Below the pieces are notes generated by a model that saw only the letters and a list, made by a program, of their open reading frames with translations, searched no databases and had not been told where the DNA came from. Below are positions 50,420 to 62,177 of a stretch of DNA of 64,000 nucleotides, piece after piece. The stretch lies in contig OY730228.1 of NCBI GenBank assembly GCA_963422565.1, positions 37,315 through 101,314 of the forward strand, read 5' to 3'. Within the stretch, counting starts at the first letter, position 1. Every line of letters starts with the position of its first letter. A program made the position numbers and the translations under genes. The DNA is from Alphaproteobacteria bacterium. Its GTDB lineage: Bacteria; Pseudomonadota; Alphaproteobacteria; MPNO01.

Positions 50420-50667
50420 CCGCCCGCGCGGCGGGCGGACCCATATGGGAGGGGAGGGAAGGGTCCGATGGTGGCGCGGATGTAGGTGGCCGGAGAGATA
50501 GTAATGGACCGGGTGATACCGTCCCGCGGTGACTATGCCGGCGAGGTCGGGGCCGGCGGCGATCTCGAACTGGCCTCGGGGACACGACAAATGCAACGAC
50601 TTGACCCTCAAGCCGATGCGCGTGATTCATTACCGGCCGGGTCGAGCCAGGCGGCGCGCGCGGCCCG

Positions 50668-52656
50668 TTATCCGGGTTGAAGCGGCGCGCAGGCCGCGGC
50701 CAGCCAGTCGCGCGCCGCCGCATCGAGCTCGGGCGCCAGATCGGCGTATACTTTCCGGTGATAGGCGTCGAGCCAGGCCACCTCGTCCGCGTTCAGCAGG
50801 GCACGCGCGATCGGCCTGCGGTCGATCGGCGCGCGGGTTATGGTCTCGAACCCGAGCAACGGCCCGTCGGTCCCGGCCGGGCCGTCCTCGGCCGTTACCA
50901 CGACGAGATTCTCGATGCGGATGCCGTAGCAGCCGGTCTTGTAGTATCCGGGCTCGTTGGAAAGGATCATCCCCGGCGCCAGCGGCGTCGCCGCCCCGCC
51001 GGCGGCGATGCGCTGCGGCCCTTCGTGGACGCCGAGATAGCTGCCGACGCCATGGCCCGTTCCGTGGTCGTAGTCGAGCCCGGCGCGCCACAGCGCCGTG
51101 CGGGCGAGCGTGTCGAGCTGGCCGCCGGTGACGCCGCGCGGGAACCGGGCCGCGGCGAGCGCGATATGCCCTTTGAGGACCCGCGTGTAGCGGTCGCAGA
51201 TCTCGGGGGGCGGCGCCGTTCCGTCGCCGGGATCGAGATAGACCGTCCGGGTCGCGTCGGTGGTGCCGTCGGGATATTGGCCCCCGGAATCGACGAGCAG
51301 GACCGTACCCGGCGTCAATGCGCGGTCGCTGCGCGCGTCCGGCCGATAATGGACGATGGCGCCGTTGGGTCCGACGCCGACGATTGTCTCGAAGCTGACG
51401 CCGCGAAACATCGGGTCCTCGGCGCGCAGACCATAGAGCCGGCGGCTCGCGTCCAGCTCGGTCGCCCCCTCGGCGAGGGCGGCGCGGTCGAGCCAGCAGA
51501 GGAAGCGGACCAGCGCTCGTCCGTCGCGGAGATGCGCGGCGCGCGCGCCGGCGAGCTCGATGTCGTTCTTGCATGCCTTGGGCAGCGCGCAGGGATCGGT
51601 TTCGTGGACCGGGCTGCAGCCGGCCGCTCGCAGCCGCGCCGCGACCCAGGCGGGCGTGGTGCTCGGGTCCAACTGCACGCGCCGTCCCGCCGTCGCGAGC
51701 CCGTCAAGCGCCGGTCCCAGAGCCCCCGGCGGTTTGACCACAACGCCGTCGGAGAACGCCGCCGCCAGCTCCCTGGTGATCTTCCGGGGATCGACGAAGA
51801 GGCTCACCGCGCCCGAGGCCTCGATGACCGCGAAGCACAGGACCAACGGCGTGTCGGGTACGTCTCCGCCGCGCATGTTGAGCAGCCAGGCGATGGAGTC
51901 CGGCGCGCCGAGGATGGCGGCGTCGGATCCGTATCGCGCCATCGCCTCGGCGACCCCCCGGCGCTTGGCGGACGATCCGAGACCGGCATAGGTCTCCGAA
52001 TGCGGGACCGCGGGAGAGAGCGGCGCGGCCGGCCGATCGGCCCACACTGCGTCGACCGGGTTGTCCTCGACCGCGACCAACTCGGTGCCGGCGCGCACGC
52101 AGTTCGCTTCGAGCCTCGCCAGCCCGTCGACCGTATGGAGCCATGGGTCGTAGCCGAGCCGCGCCCCCGCGCTCAGGGCGTCGGCGAGCCAGTCCGCCAA
52201 CGGCCGCCGAGTCACGTGCAGCGGCTCGAAGGCCGCGATATCCACCTCGTTCTCGACCTGGAGCAGGTAGCGTCCGTCGACGAAGATCGCCGCGCGCTCG
52301 GCGAGGACCACGGCGAATCCGGCGGAGCCGGTGAAGCCGGTGAGCCAAGCGAGCCGCCTCGCGTGCGGCGGGACGGACTCGCCCTGATGCGCGTCCGCAG
52401 TGGGCACCAGGAAACCGTCGAGGCGCCGCCGGGCGAGCTCGGTGCGGAGTCGGGCCAGACGCCCGGCCGGGGCGGGGCTCGCGTCGAGCCCGCTGTCCGC
52501 GGCGGCGCGCATCCGCGCGAGCCGTGCCGTCAGTGCCTCGGCCTCGGCCTCTGGCGGCGGTGGATCGACCAAAGCGAGCCAAGCTGTCCCGTCGATCGGC
52601 TCAGGTGCGGCGAGGATGCCGCGCAAGAGCGCCTCGCGCCCGGCGAGGGCGGTCAC
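50668..52656 (-). CDS. Xaa-Pro aminopeptidase (M24B) with N-terminal extension
   Basis: WLTGFTGSAG, VDSGGQYPDGTTD.TRT, HGTGHGVG..VHEGP, NEPGYY, GIRIEN. Confidence 0.94.
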   Translation of the reverse strand: MTALAGREALLRGILAAPEPIDGTAWLALVDPPPPEAEAEALTARLARMRAAADSGLDASPAPAGRLARLRTELARRRLDGFLVPTADAHQGESVPPHARRLAWLTGFTGSAGFAVVLAERAAIFVDGRYLLQVENEVDIAAFEPLHVTRRPLADWLADALSAGARLGYDPWLHTVDGLARLEANCVRAGTELVAVEDNPVDAVWADRPAAPLSPAVPHSETYAGLGSSAKRRGVAEAMARYGSDAAILGAPDSIAWLLNMRGGDVPDTPLVLCFAVIEASGAVSLFVDPRKITRELAAAFSDGVVVKPPGALGPALDGLATAGRRVQLDPSTTPAWVAARLRAAGCSPVHETDPCALPKACKNDIELAGARAAHLRDGRALVRFLCWLDRAALAEGATELDASRRLYGLRAEDPMFRGVSFETIVGVGPNGAIVHYRPDARSDRALTPGTVLLVDSGGQYPDGTTDATRTVYLDPGDGTAPPPEICDRYTRVLKGHIALAAARFPRGVTGGQLDTLARTALWRAGLDYDHGTGHGVGSYLGVHEGPQRIAAGGAATPLAPGMILSNEPGYYKTGCYGIRIENLVVVTAEDGPAGTDGPLLGFETITRAPIDRRPIARALLNADEVAWLDAYHRKVYADLAPELDAAARDWLAAACAPLQPG

Positions 52657-53556
52657 CGCGCGCTCTCCCGGCTCAACGACAGCGTTGGCCAGTCGCCCAG
52701 CAGGACGCGCTCCTGGACGACCATGCCCAGGCGGAGATAGGCGTCGGCCACGGCCTCCTCTTGGCTGGTCAGCAGGCCCGAAAGCACGACCCGCCCGTCT
52801 TCCCGCAGATTGCGGACGATCGACGGCGCCATCCGGATCAGCGGCCGGGCGAGGATATTAGCCACGATCAGACCGAAGGGGCCGGCCCGGCGCAGCGCGC
52901 TGTTGGCGAAACCGGGGCTGCGATGGACCCGAATCCGCTTGCCAGTGCCGTTGCGGGCGGCATTGCCGCGCGCCGTCACCACCGCGATCGGGTCGTCGTC
53001 GGCGGCGATCACGTCCCGCCGCCAGAGCCGCGCCATCGCGATCGCGAGAATGCCGGAGCCGGCGCCGAGATCCAGGATGGGCGCCTCCCGCGCCGGCGGC
53101 TCGGCGCCGGCGAGCACCGCGAGACAGCCTTGGGTCGTCTCGTGCGCGCCCGTCCCGAAGGCGCGGCCGGCATCGATCAGGATGTCGAGCCTGTCCGCCG
53201 CCGCCGGCGGAATGTGGCTGCCGCGCAGGTAGAACGGGCCGACGGAGACCGCTGGGCGCGCCCGATCGGCCTCGGCGACCCAGTCGCGGACGGGAAGCCG
53301 TTCCACGGAGATGCTCCTGGGCCTTCGGCCGGTCGCCTTCTCGGCCTTCGCTACCGCCCTCGACAACCATCCGTCCTCCGGCTGGCCGGGCAGCATCGCA
53401 GTCAACCGCGACACGGCCGAACCCTGGTCGTGGACCAGGGTCGTCGCGGCCCTGCCGTCCAGCTCGGGCGGCGTCAGCGCGTCCTCAAATGGCCGCAGCG
53501 CGTCGACCCCGTCCTCGGCCGGCGCGAACTCGAGAGTGACGCTCCATCCGGCCGGT

Positions 53557-53573
<17 letters not shown>
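52653..53573 (-). CDS. prmA: 50S ribosomal protein L11 methyltransferase
   Basis: AFGTGAHETT, LDLGAGSGILAIA, ANILARPL, LSGLL. Confidence 0.93.
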
Positions 53574-55803
<2,230 letters not shown>

Positions 55804-55973
55804 CGTGCCGACTATAGCAGCCCAGGGACGGCTTCAGAGGGGCTTCGCCCGCCGCCGAGTCGGTCCATCCCCATCGGGCCGGGGATGAGGTGGATCGCTC
55901 GCCGCGCAATAACCGCGGTACAAGATCGCTCGCCCGCGCCTATAATCCGGCAAGCGAGACAGGGGAGGGTTCC

Positions 55974-56987
55974 GTGCGATCGAGGTATCCCGCCCGGCCC
56001 GCGATCGGCGCGGTCCTGTCGATGGTTCTGTCGACGGTCTTCTCTTTCGAGGCGTCCGCAGTTTCCGCGGATGCCTCGGCTCCGCTTTCCGCGATCGTCC
56101 AGCTCGATAGCCGCGTTCCGCCGGGCGCGCGCACCGCGGCGGCACTGGGAACCGAGCGCAGCGGCAGCGGGGTGGTCATCGACGAAGACGGGTTGGTGCT
56201 CACCATCGGCTATCTCGTGCTCGAGGCGGCCGAGATCGAGCTGACCGTCGATGGTGCGCGAAGGGTGCGCGCGGCCTTCGCCGGCTACGACCACGAGACC
56301 GGATTCGGGCTGGTGCGTGCCGAGAGGCCGCTTGGGATCGCTCCCGTGCCGCTTGGCGAGTCGGATGGGCTCGCACGGGGAAGCCGGGTACTCGCGGCGA
56401 GCCATGGCGGCGCCGGCGCGGCGCTCGGCGCGTTCGTCGTCGCCAGACGCGAGTTCGCGGGCTCCTGGGAATATCTGCTCGAGCGCGCGATCTTCACTGT
56501 CCCGCCCCATCCGTTGTTCGGTGGCGCGGCGCTGCTCGACCGGCAGGGTAGACTCGTCGGGATCGGCTCCCTGATGGTCGCCGATGCGGGGGAGCCGGGC
56601 CGGGACATGCCCGGCAACATGTTCGTGCCGATCGACGCCCTCAAGCCGGTGCTCGCCGATCTCGTCGCCGACGGGCGGGCGCGGCGGGCGCCGCGGCCTT
56701 GGCTGGGGCTCTACCCGCAGGCGTTCTTCGGCCGACTGATCGTCAGCCGTGTCCCGCCGGGCGGCCCGGCCGCGCGCGCCGGAATCGGCCGCGGCGACCT
56801 GCTGCTCGGCGTCGGCGGGACGCCGGTCGCGACGCTTCCCGACTATTACCGCGCCCTATGGTCGCTGGGCCGTGCCGGGGTGGAGGTCACGCTCAACCTG
56901 CTGCGCGGTGACCGGCCGACGACGGTCACCGTCCACTCGATCGATCGGCATGACTGGTTCCGCGCCTCGCCGGCGGGGACGCATTAG
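55974..56987 (+). CDS. S1C (HtrA-like) protease-fold + PDZ protein, catalytic residues apparently absent
   Basis: Signal peptide; SGSGVVID..VLTIGYLV; HPLFGGAALL; PWLG PDZ start. Confidence 0.8.
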   Translation: MRSRYPARPAIGAVLSMVLSTVFSFEASAVSADASAPLSAIVQLDSRVPPGARTAAALGTERSGSGVVIDEDGLVLTIGYLVLEAAEIELTVDGARRVRAAFAGYDHETGFGLVRAERPLGIAPVPLGESDGLARGSRVLAASHGGAGAALGAFVVARREFAGSWEYLLERAIFTVPPHPLFGGAALLDRQGRLVGIGSLMVADAGEPGRDMPGNMFVPIDALKPVLADLVADGRARRAPRPWLGLYPQAFFGRLIVSRVPPGGPAARAGIGRGDLLLGVGGTPVATLPDYYRALWSLGRAGVEVTLNLLRGDRPTTVTVHSIDRHDWFRASPAGTH

Positions 56988-57083
56988 GCGGCGACGGCCG
57001 CGCTCCGCGATCGGGCGGCGGGACGGCGTTCGGCGCTCGCGTCGTCGACCCGATGGGGTGGACGACGCGGCCTCTCCGGCGCT

Positions 57084-58454
57084 TCAGCGTCGGGTGAGGT
57101 CGGTGAGCGGGCGTTCGAGGAGCGCGGCGACCCGCCGATCGATCTTGGCGCGATGCACCCGGAACCTGGCCAGCTCTTCGCCTTTCAGAACACGCTGCGG
57201 CGTCAGCTTGACCCGCCGAGGGTTGACCTGCCGGCCGTTGACCAGGATCTCGTAATGCAGATGCGGTCCGGTCGATCGGCCGGTCGAACCGACATAGCCG
57301 ATGACTTGGCCCTGCTCGACCCGTGAGCCCTTGCGTAGACCGCGGCGGAATGCGCGCATATGGGCATATGCGGTCTGGTAGCGGGCATTGTGGCGGATGC
57401 GAATATATTTTCCGTAAGCGCCGTTGCGCCCGATGGCGACGATACGGCCGTCGCCGGCGGCATAGATCGGCGTGCCCGCCGGCGCGGCGAAATCCACCCC
57501 GCGATGCATGTGCGTGTAGCCGAGGATGGGGTGGCGTCTGGAACCATAGGACGAGCTCAGCCGCGCCCCGTCGATGGGTGTGAGCATCAGCGGCTTGCGC
57601 GCTCCCTTACCGTTCGAATCGAGATAGACCGCGCCCGCCGCCGTCTCGAAGCGGTAATAGGGCTTTTCCCGGCCGCTCAGCATCAGGCGGGCGAAGACGA
57701 TCTCGCCGTCGCGGGCGAAGACGCCGTCGTCGGTGAACTCCTGATTCCAGGCCAGCGTGAACGCGTCGCCCTGCCGGATGTCGCGTTGGAAATCGAGGTC
57801 CCAGCTATACAGGCGGACAAGCTTGTGGAGTACGCCGGCCGGTATGTCCGCGCGCTTGCCGGCGAGGTAGAGCGAAGAGTCGATCGTCTCGGCCTTGCCG
57901 ACGAGCCGGCGCGTCAGTCGTGTGCGGATCTCCTCCGCGCGGAAGCGGCGATCCTCCCCGAGCGTCACCAGTATGGTCCGGTCCGGCGCGAGCGCGAGCG
58001 CGACCTCGCGCAGGGTCACCGCGCCGGCGTCCTGGCCGGTCTCGTCGGCAGTGAACGCGACCGCCAGTTTCTGACCGGGGGCGATGTGCGCCGGGTCGTG
58101 TCGGCTGCGCATCGCGGCGATCGCCGCAGCGGCCTGCCGCGCCGGGATCCCCGCGCGCCGCATCATCGGCATCAACGCGTCGCCGGGCTCGACGACGAGT
58201 ATCCGAGAAACCGTCGCCGGCGACTCGGGCTCTAGAGGCTCGGTGGCGTCGGGCAGACGCGCGAGCTGGATCAGGCTGTCATCGAAGGTGGCGGTCGGCC
58301 CCGCCGCTCCGCGCCGATCCGCTCCTTCGCGGGCCGAGCCGGGCCGGTCGAAGACCAGCGAGACAGCCAGACCGGCGGCGACGCAGAACGCGATGAGAAA
58401 AAGCGGGTACGCGCCCGAACGAAACCACGGCCGAGCTCGGCCGATTCCTTGCAT
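57084..58454 (-). CDS. M23 peptidoglycan DD-metalloendopeptidase (MepM-like)
   Basis: N-terminal TM, DFQRDIRQGD, HRGVDFAAP (HxxxD), YAHM, STGPHLHYE (HxH); start approximate. Confidence 0.92.
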   Translation of the reverse strand: MQGIGRARPWFRSGAYPLFLIAFCVAAGLAVSLVFDRPGSAREGADRRGAAGPTATFDDSLIQLARLPDATEPLEPESPATVSRILVVEPGDALMPMMRRAGIPARQAAAAIAAMRSRHDPAHIAPGQKLAVAFTADETGQDAGAVTLREVALALAPDRTILVTLGEDRRFRAEEIRTRLTRRLVGKAETIDSSLYLAGKRADIPAGVLHKLVRLYSWDLDFQRDIRQGDAFTLAWNQEFTDDGVFARDGEIVFARLMLSGREKPYYRFETAAGAVYLDSNGKGARKPLMLTPIDGARLSSSYGSRRHPILGYTHMHRGVDFAAPAGTPIYAAGDGRIVAIGRNGAYGKYIRIRHNARYQTAYAHMRAFRRGLRKGSRVEQGQVIGYVGSTGRSTGPHLHYEILVNGRQVNPRRVKLTPQRVLKGEELARFRVHRAKIDRRVAALLERPLTDLTRR

Positions 58455-58550
58455 GGCCCGCAGAAAGGCGAATTCGGACAAGATGAAACGGCTCGTGCCT
58501 GATGCGCTCCCTGAGCCAGGAACATGGCCGCGATGGCCAAGACGGGTCAA

Positions 58551-58584
58551 GACGCCGCCCGGCGCATCGCCGCCGGGCGGCGTC
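58551..58584. other. Perfect 14-bp inverted repeat upstream of the M23 gene
   Basis: GACGCCGCCCGGCG-CATCGC-CGCCGGGCGGCGTC. Confidence 0.7.
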
Positions 58585-58749
58585 CCGGCGGCCGGGCCGT
58601 TCGGGGCGCTGTGGCTCCGGGTCGGACGCGTCGATCCGCCTAGCGGGGGCGGTCGCGCCGTCTTTGTCTTGCCTCTCCAGAGAATGGCCACATTTCAATC
58701 GTTTAATCCTGGGGTCAACGTGCCATATATCCAATATGTCCGTATAAAG

Positions 58750-59306
58750 ATGTCGAGAGCTATGATCCTTCCGGAACGTCTGCGCAACCTGCGCGAAGCG
58801 AAGAACCTCTCGAGGAAACGGCTTGCCGAACCGCCCCCCACGAGGAGACGGTGAATCGGCTTACCAAGGCTCTCAAGGTCGAATCGGTGGTGCTCACCGG
58901 CGCGCTGCCGCTTCCCCAGGTCGGCAGTCCGTCTGTCCCCAGACCCCCGGATGTCTATATCGGAGCGGACATCGCGCCGAAGGCCAGATTCGCCTACGAT
59001 CTCGTCAAGCGTCGCTACGGCGTAAGCGCCGCCGAGATCATCACCATGGCGCCGCTGTTCTTCACCCTCCTCGTCAAGGGCAGCCTCTCTTTGCAGCGCA
59101 AGACGCTGGCGGAGGGCCGGCTTCATGTCGAGTTTCCGGACGGGGGCAATTCATGGGAGTTGCCGGATCGGTCTGATAAGAAGGCCATCCGACATATTCG
59201 GGAAGACGCGGTGAATTTCGTGCTTGATCAAGGGGCGAGCTATCCGGGACAGACCAACGCCGTCAGGAAAGCGCTGACGGATACCGGATATCATCTGACC
59301 AAATGA
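58750..59306 (+). pseudogene. Fragmented XRE-family HTH regulator remnant, possibly fused to another gene's tail
   Basis: ERLRNLREAKNLSRKRLAE (XRE helices 1-2), then frame change to TVNRLTKALKVESVVLTG (XRE helices 4-5); recognition helix missing; lower GC than flanks. Confidence 0.65.
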
Positions 59307-59376
59307 ATGGGCCATCGCCCTGATCCGATGGCTTCATGCTTGCCCCGCTATCGGATGCGGTGCGCGCTGGGCTGTC

Positions 59377-60465
59377 CTATTGAGAGCGTCCGCGCGCGGC
59401 GATCTCCCAGACGTCTTCGACGGCGCCGTGGGCAATGACGATGAAGCGGTCGTGCAGATTGACGGTCGTGTCGCAGTGGCTCGGCATGAGCATCGCCTTG
59501 TCGCCGACGGCGAGCGGTGCGGTGCCCTGGAACGTCAGCTCGCAATGCTCGTCCCCGGCGAAGCGAAACGTCGCGCCAGGATGATCGACGGCCGACGGCA
59601 GGCCGCCGTCGCCGCTGATCGTCTTCCAGCCGGCGTCGAGGATGACCCGATGCGGCGCCGGCCGGCTGATCGCCCCGGCATAGACGAAGAGCGCGCACTC
59701 GAAGGGCGGGGCGGGCGCGTCGGTCCATTCGATCGCCTGGTAGTTGCTGTCCATGAATACGTAGCTGCCGGGCTGCAGCTCGGTGAGCCCGCCCAACGCG
59801 GCGTCGAGCGCCGAGGTCCCGGTGCCGCCGCCGGTCAGCACCGCCACCTCGAGCCCGGCCCGGCGCACCAGCTCGGCGCTCTCCAGAAGCAGGTCGAGCG
59901 CCGTCCGCACCGCTTGCCGGCGGTCCCGTAGACGCGCGCGCATCTGCGCACTTCCCTGATAGCCCTGCAGGCCGCGAAAGGCGAGCCAACGGTGATCGGC
60001 GATCCGCGCGGCCAGTTCGGCCGCGCGCGGCCCCGGCGGTACGCCGCACCGGCCCTGCCCGACATCGATCTCGACCAGCACGTCGAGCCGCCGCCCCGCC
60101 GTCTGGGCGGCGGCGGCGAGGATGTCGACGTTCTCCGCGTCGTCGACGACGACCGCGATTCGCGCGCCCTCCGCCGCCGAGGCCAGCCGCATCGCCTTGG
60201 ACCGTCCGATGACGCCGGTAGTGATCAGGATGTCCGGGATGCCGGCCGCCGCCATCACCTCGGCTTCGCCGAGCTTGGCGCAGCAGATCCCGACCGCTCC
60301 CGCGTCGATCTGCCGTCGTGCGATCTCCGGGGATTTGTGCGCCTTGGCGTGGGGGCGGCAGGCGAGGCCGGATTCCGCGGCAAGCGCCGACATGCGCCGG
60401 AGGTTGCGCTCGAAGGCGGGTCGGTCGACCAGGAGGACGGGGGTATCGAGGTCTTCCAGATTCAT
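59377..60465 (-). CDS. DSD1-family PLP enzyme (D-threonine aldolase / D-serine dehydratase-like)
   Basis: LDTPVLLVD, RPHAKAHKS, GRCGV, QGYQG, GGGTGT, ELQPGSYVFMD, PSHCDTTVNLHD. Confidence 0.92.
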   Translation of the reverse strand: MNLEDLDTPVLLVDRPAFERNLRRMSALAAESGLACRPHAKAHKSPEIARRQIDAGAVGICCAKLGEAEVMAAAGIPDILITTGVIGRSKAMRLASAAEGARIAVVVDDAENVDILAAAAQTAGRRLDVLVEIDVGQGRCGVPPGPRAAELAARIADHRWLAFRGLQGYQGSAQMRARLRDRRQAVRTALDLLLESAELVRRAGLEVAVLTGGGTGTSALDAALGGLTELQPGSYVFMDSNYQAIEWTDAPAPPFECALFVYAGAISRPAPHRVILDAGWKTISGDGGLPSAVDHPGATFRFAGDEHCELTFQGTAPLAVGDKAMLMPSHCDTTVNLHDRFIVIAHGAVEDVWEIAARGRSQ

Positions 60466-62141
60466 CGCGCCCGCTCGAAAACGATTCTGCCGCCGACGAT
60501 GGTCGTTTCGGCCCGGATGTCCTTGATGGAGTCCTCCGCGCAGCGCAACGGATCGTCGTCGAGGATCGCCATGTCGGCGAGCTTGCCGACCTGGAGCGAA
60601 CCCTTGCTGTCCTCCTCGAACGTCAGCCAGGCGCCCTCGATGGTCGCGCAGCGCAGCGCCTCCTCGCGGCTCAGCGCCTCGGCGGCCCCGATGCGGGCGC
60701 CGGTGTACAGGTTGCGTCGCGCGACCGTCTGCCAGATCGGATGGAACAGGCTGGTCGGCACGTTGTCGGTCGCGAGCGCCACATGCACGCCGTGCGCGCG
60801 GAGCGTCTTAAGCGGCACGATGTCGTTCTCGCGATCGGCGCCCAGCTCCTCCAGCAGGACATGCGACTGCTTGTGGATATAGCGGTTGGTATGGGTGGTC
60901 AGCGCGAGGCCGAGATCCGCGATTCGGCGGATTTCGTCGCGGCCGAACGCCCGGATATGACCGAGTATCCAGCGCCGGTCGGCGATCGGCACGCGCCGGT
61001 TCACCGCCTCGAAGAGATCGAGGAACTCGCCCCAGATCGCGGCCACGCGAATACCGTTGCGGGCGGCCTCGACAAGGAAATCGACCATCCGGTCCCGCGG
61101 CACGCCGCAGTCGTAGTTGAACCCCGACCAGCCAGTATAGGGGGAGGCGCGGGCGCGTAGGCAGCTTTCCGGGGTCGGCCCAAACTCGGTATAGAGTCCC
61201 GCGACCCGCAGCCAGTTGTCGCCCAGCCCGCGCTCTCCGAGCCAGCCCGCCCAACCGCCGAGCTGGCGAGCGTAGTCGATATCGCGTTCGGGGCCCCAGG
61301 ACGGGCTGAAGACGAGGTTGGCACGCACCGTCGCCGCCCCGGAGCGGTGAACCTCCTGCCAGGCCTGGATCAGCTCCTGCGCCGCGCCATGCTCCTCGAA
61401 GATGCTGGTCGTGCCGGTGGCGTTGTAGATACGCATCGCCTTTCTGAGCCCGGCGATCCGGTCCTCATGGGTGAAGCGCGGCGCCGCGTGGAAATGGCTG
61501 AGCTCGACCACCGGCATGAAGCTGTGCTCTTGGATGATGCCGTTGATCGCACCGCTCTCGGGATCTTCCTCGAAGGTCACCGTCTCCACCGGCGCGTCGC
61601 CGGCCGCGCCGATGCCGGCCAGTGCCAGCGCCCGTGAATTGGCGACTGAGGTGAGCGGCAGCGTATGGCGCCAGAACCCCCAGATCGGGCGGATATAGAC
61701 CGGGTTGGCGGGCGCCGCGCGGTCGAGCTCCCAGCGCGTCGGGAAACGGCCCTCGGCGAGATTCCGCGGCACGTCGAAATAATAGGGCGGATCGCCGATC
61801 GGCATGGTGACGATCCACTCGCCGGGCGCCTTCCCGGCCGCGAGCGCCGCGATCCGTTCCAGGATGTCGTCGATGGTGCGCGCACCGGCGAGCGAGGGGA
61901 AGACGGGCTTGAGCCCCTCCCGGTCGAGATGGGCGTGGCCGTCTATCAGCCCGGGGATTACCGCGCGTCCGCCGGCGTCGATCATCCGGGTCTCGGGGCC
62001 GGCCAGCGCCTCGATTTCGGCGGCGCCCCCGAGGGCGGCAATCCGGTCCCCTGAGACCGCGACCGCCTCGACGATCCGGAAGGCGGGATCGACGGTGAAT
62101 ATCCGGCCGCGCGTGACGATCAGGTCGACCGGTGCCGCCAT
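60462..62141 (-). CDS. Amidohydrolase_3 (YtcJ-like) family protein
   Basis: VIPGLIDGHAH, PTRWELD.AAP.NPV, KGSLQVGKLADM.ILD. Confidence 0.88.
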   Translation of the reverse strand: MAAPVDLIVTRGRIFTVDPAFRIVEAVAVSGDRIAALGGAAEIEALAGPETRMIDAGGRAVIPGLIDGHAHLDREGLKPVFPSLAGARTIDDILERIAALAAGKAPGEWIVTMPIGDPPYYFDVPRNLAEGRFPTRWELDRAAPANPVYIRPIWGFWRHTLPLTSVANSRALALAGIGAAGDAPVETVTFEEDPESGAINGIIQEHSFMPVVELSHFHAAPRFTHEDRIAGLRKAMRIYNATGTTSIFEEHGAAQELIQAWQEVHRSGAATVRANLVFSPSWGPERDIDYARQLGGWAGWLGERGLGDNWLRVAGLYTEFGPTPESCLRARASPYTGWSGFNYDCGVPRDRMVDFLVEAARNGIRVAAIWGEFLDLFEAVNRRVPIADRRWILGHIRAFGRDEIRRIADLGLALTTHTNRYIHKQSHVLLEELGADRENDIVPLKTLRAHGVHVALATDNVPTSLFHPIWQTVARRNLYTGARIGAAEALSREEALRCATIEGAWLTFEEDSKGSLQVGKLADMAILDDDPLRCAEDSIKDIRAETTIVGGRIVFERAR

Positions 62142-62177
62142 CGCCCCGTCAAGCGTTCGGAATGGGCGGCGGGCGCA

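Noticed and set aside
58700-58722. CtrA box upstream of the M23 peptidase
   Set aside because: TTAA half-site present, but spacing and second half do not fit TTAA-N7-TTAA
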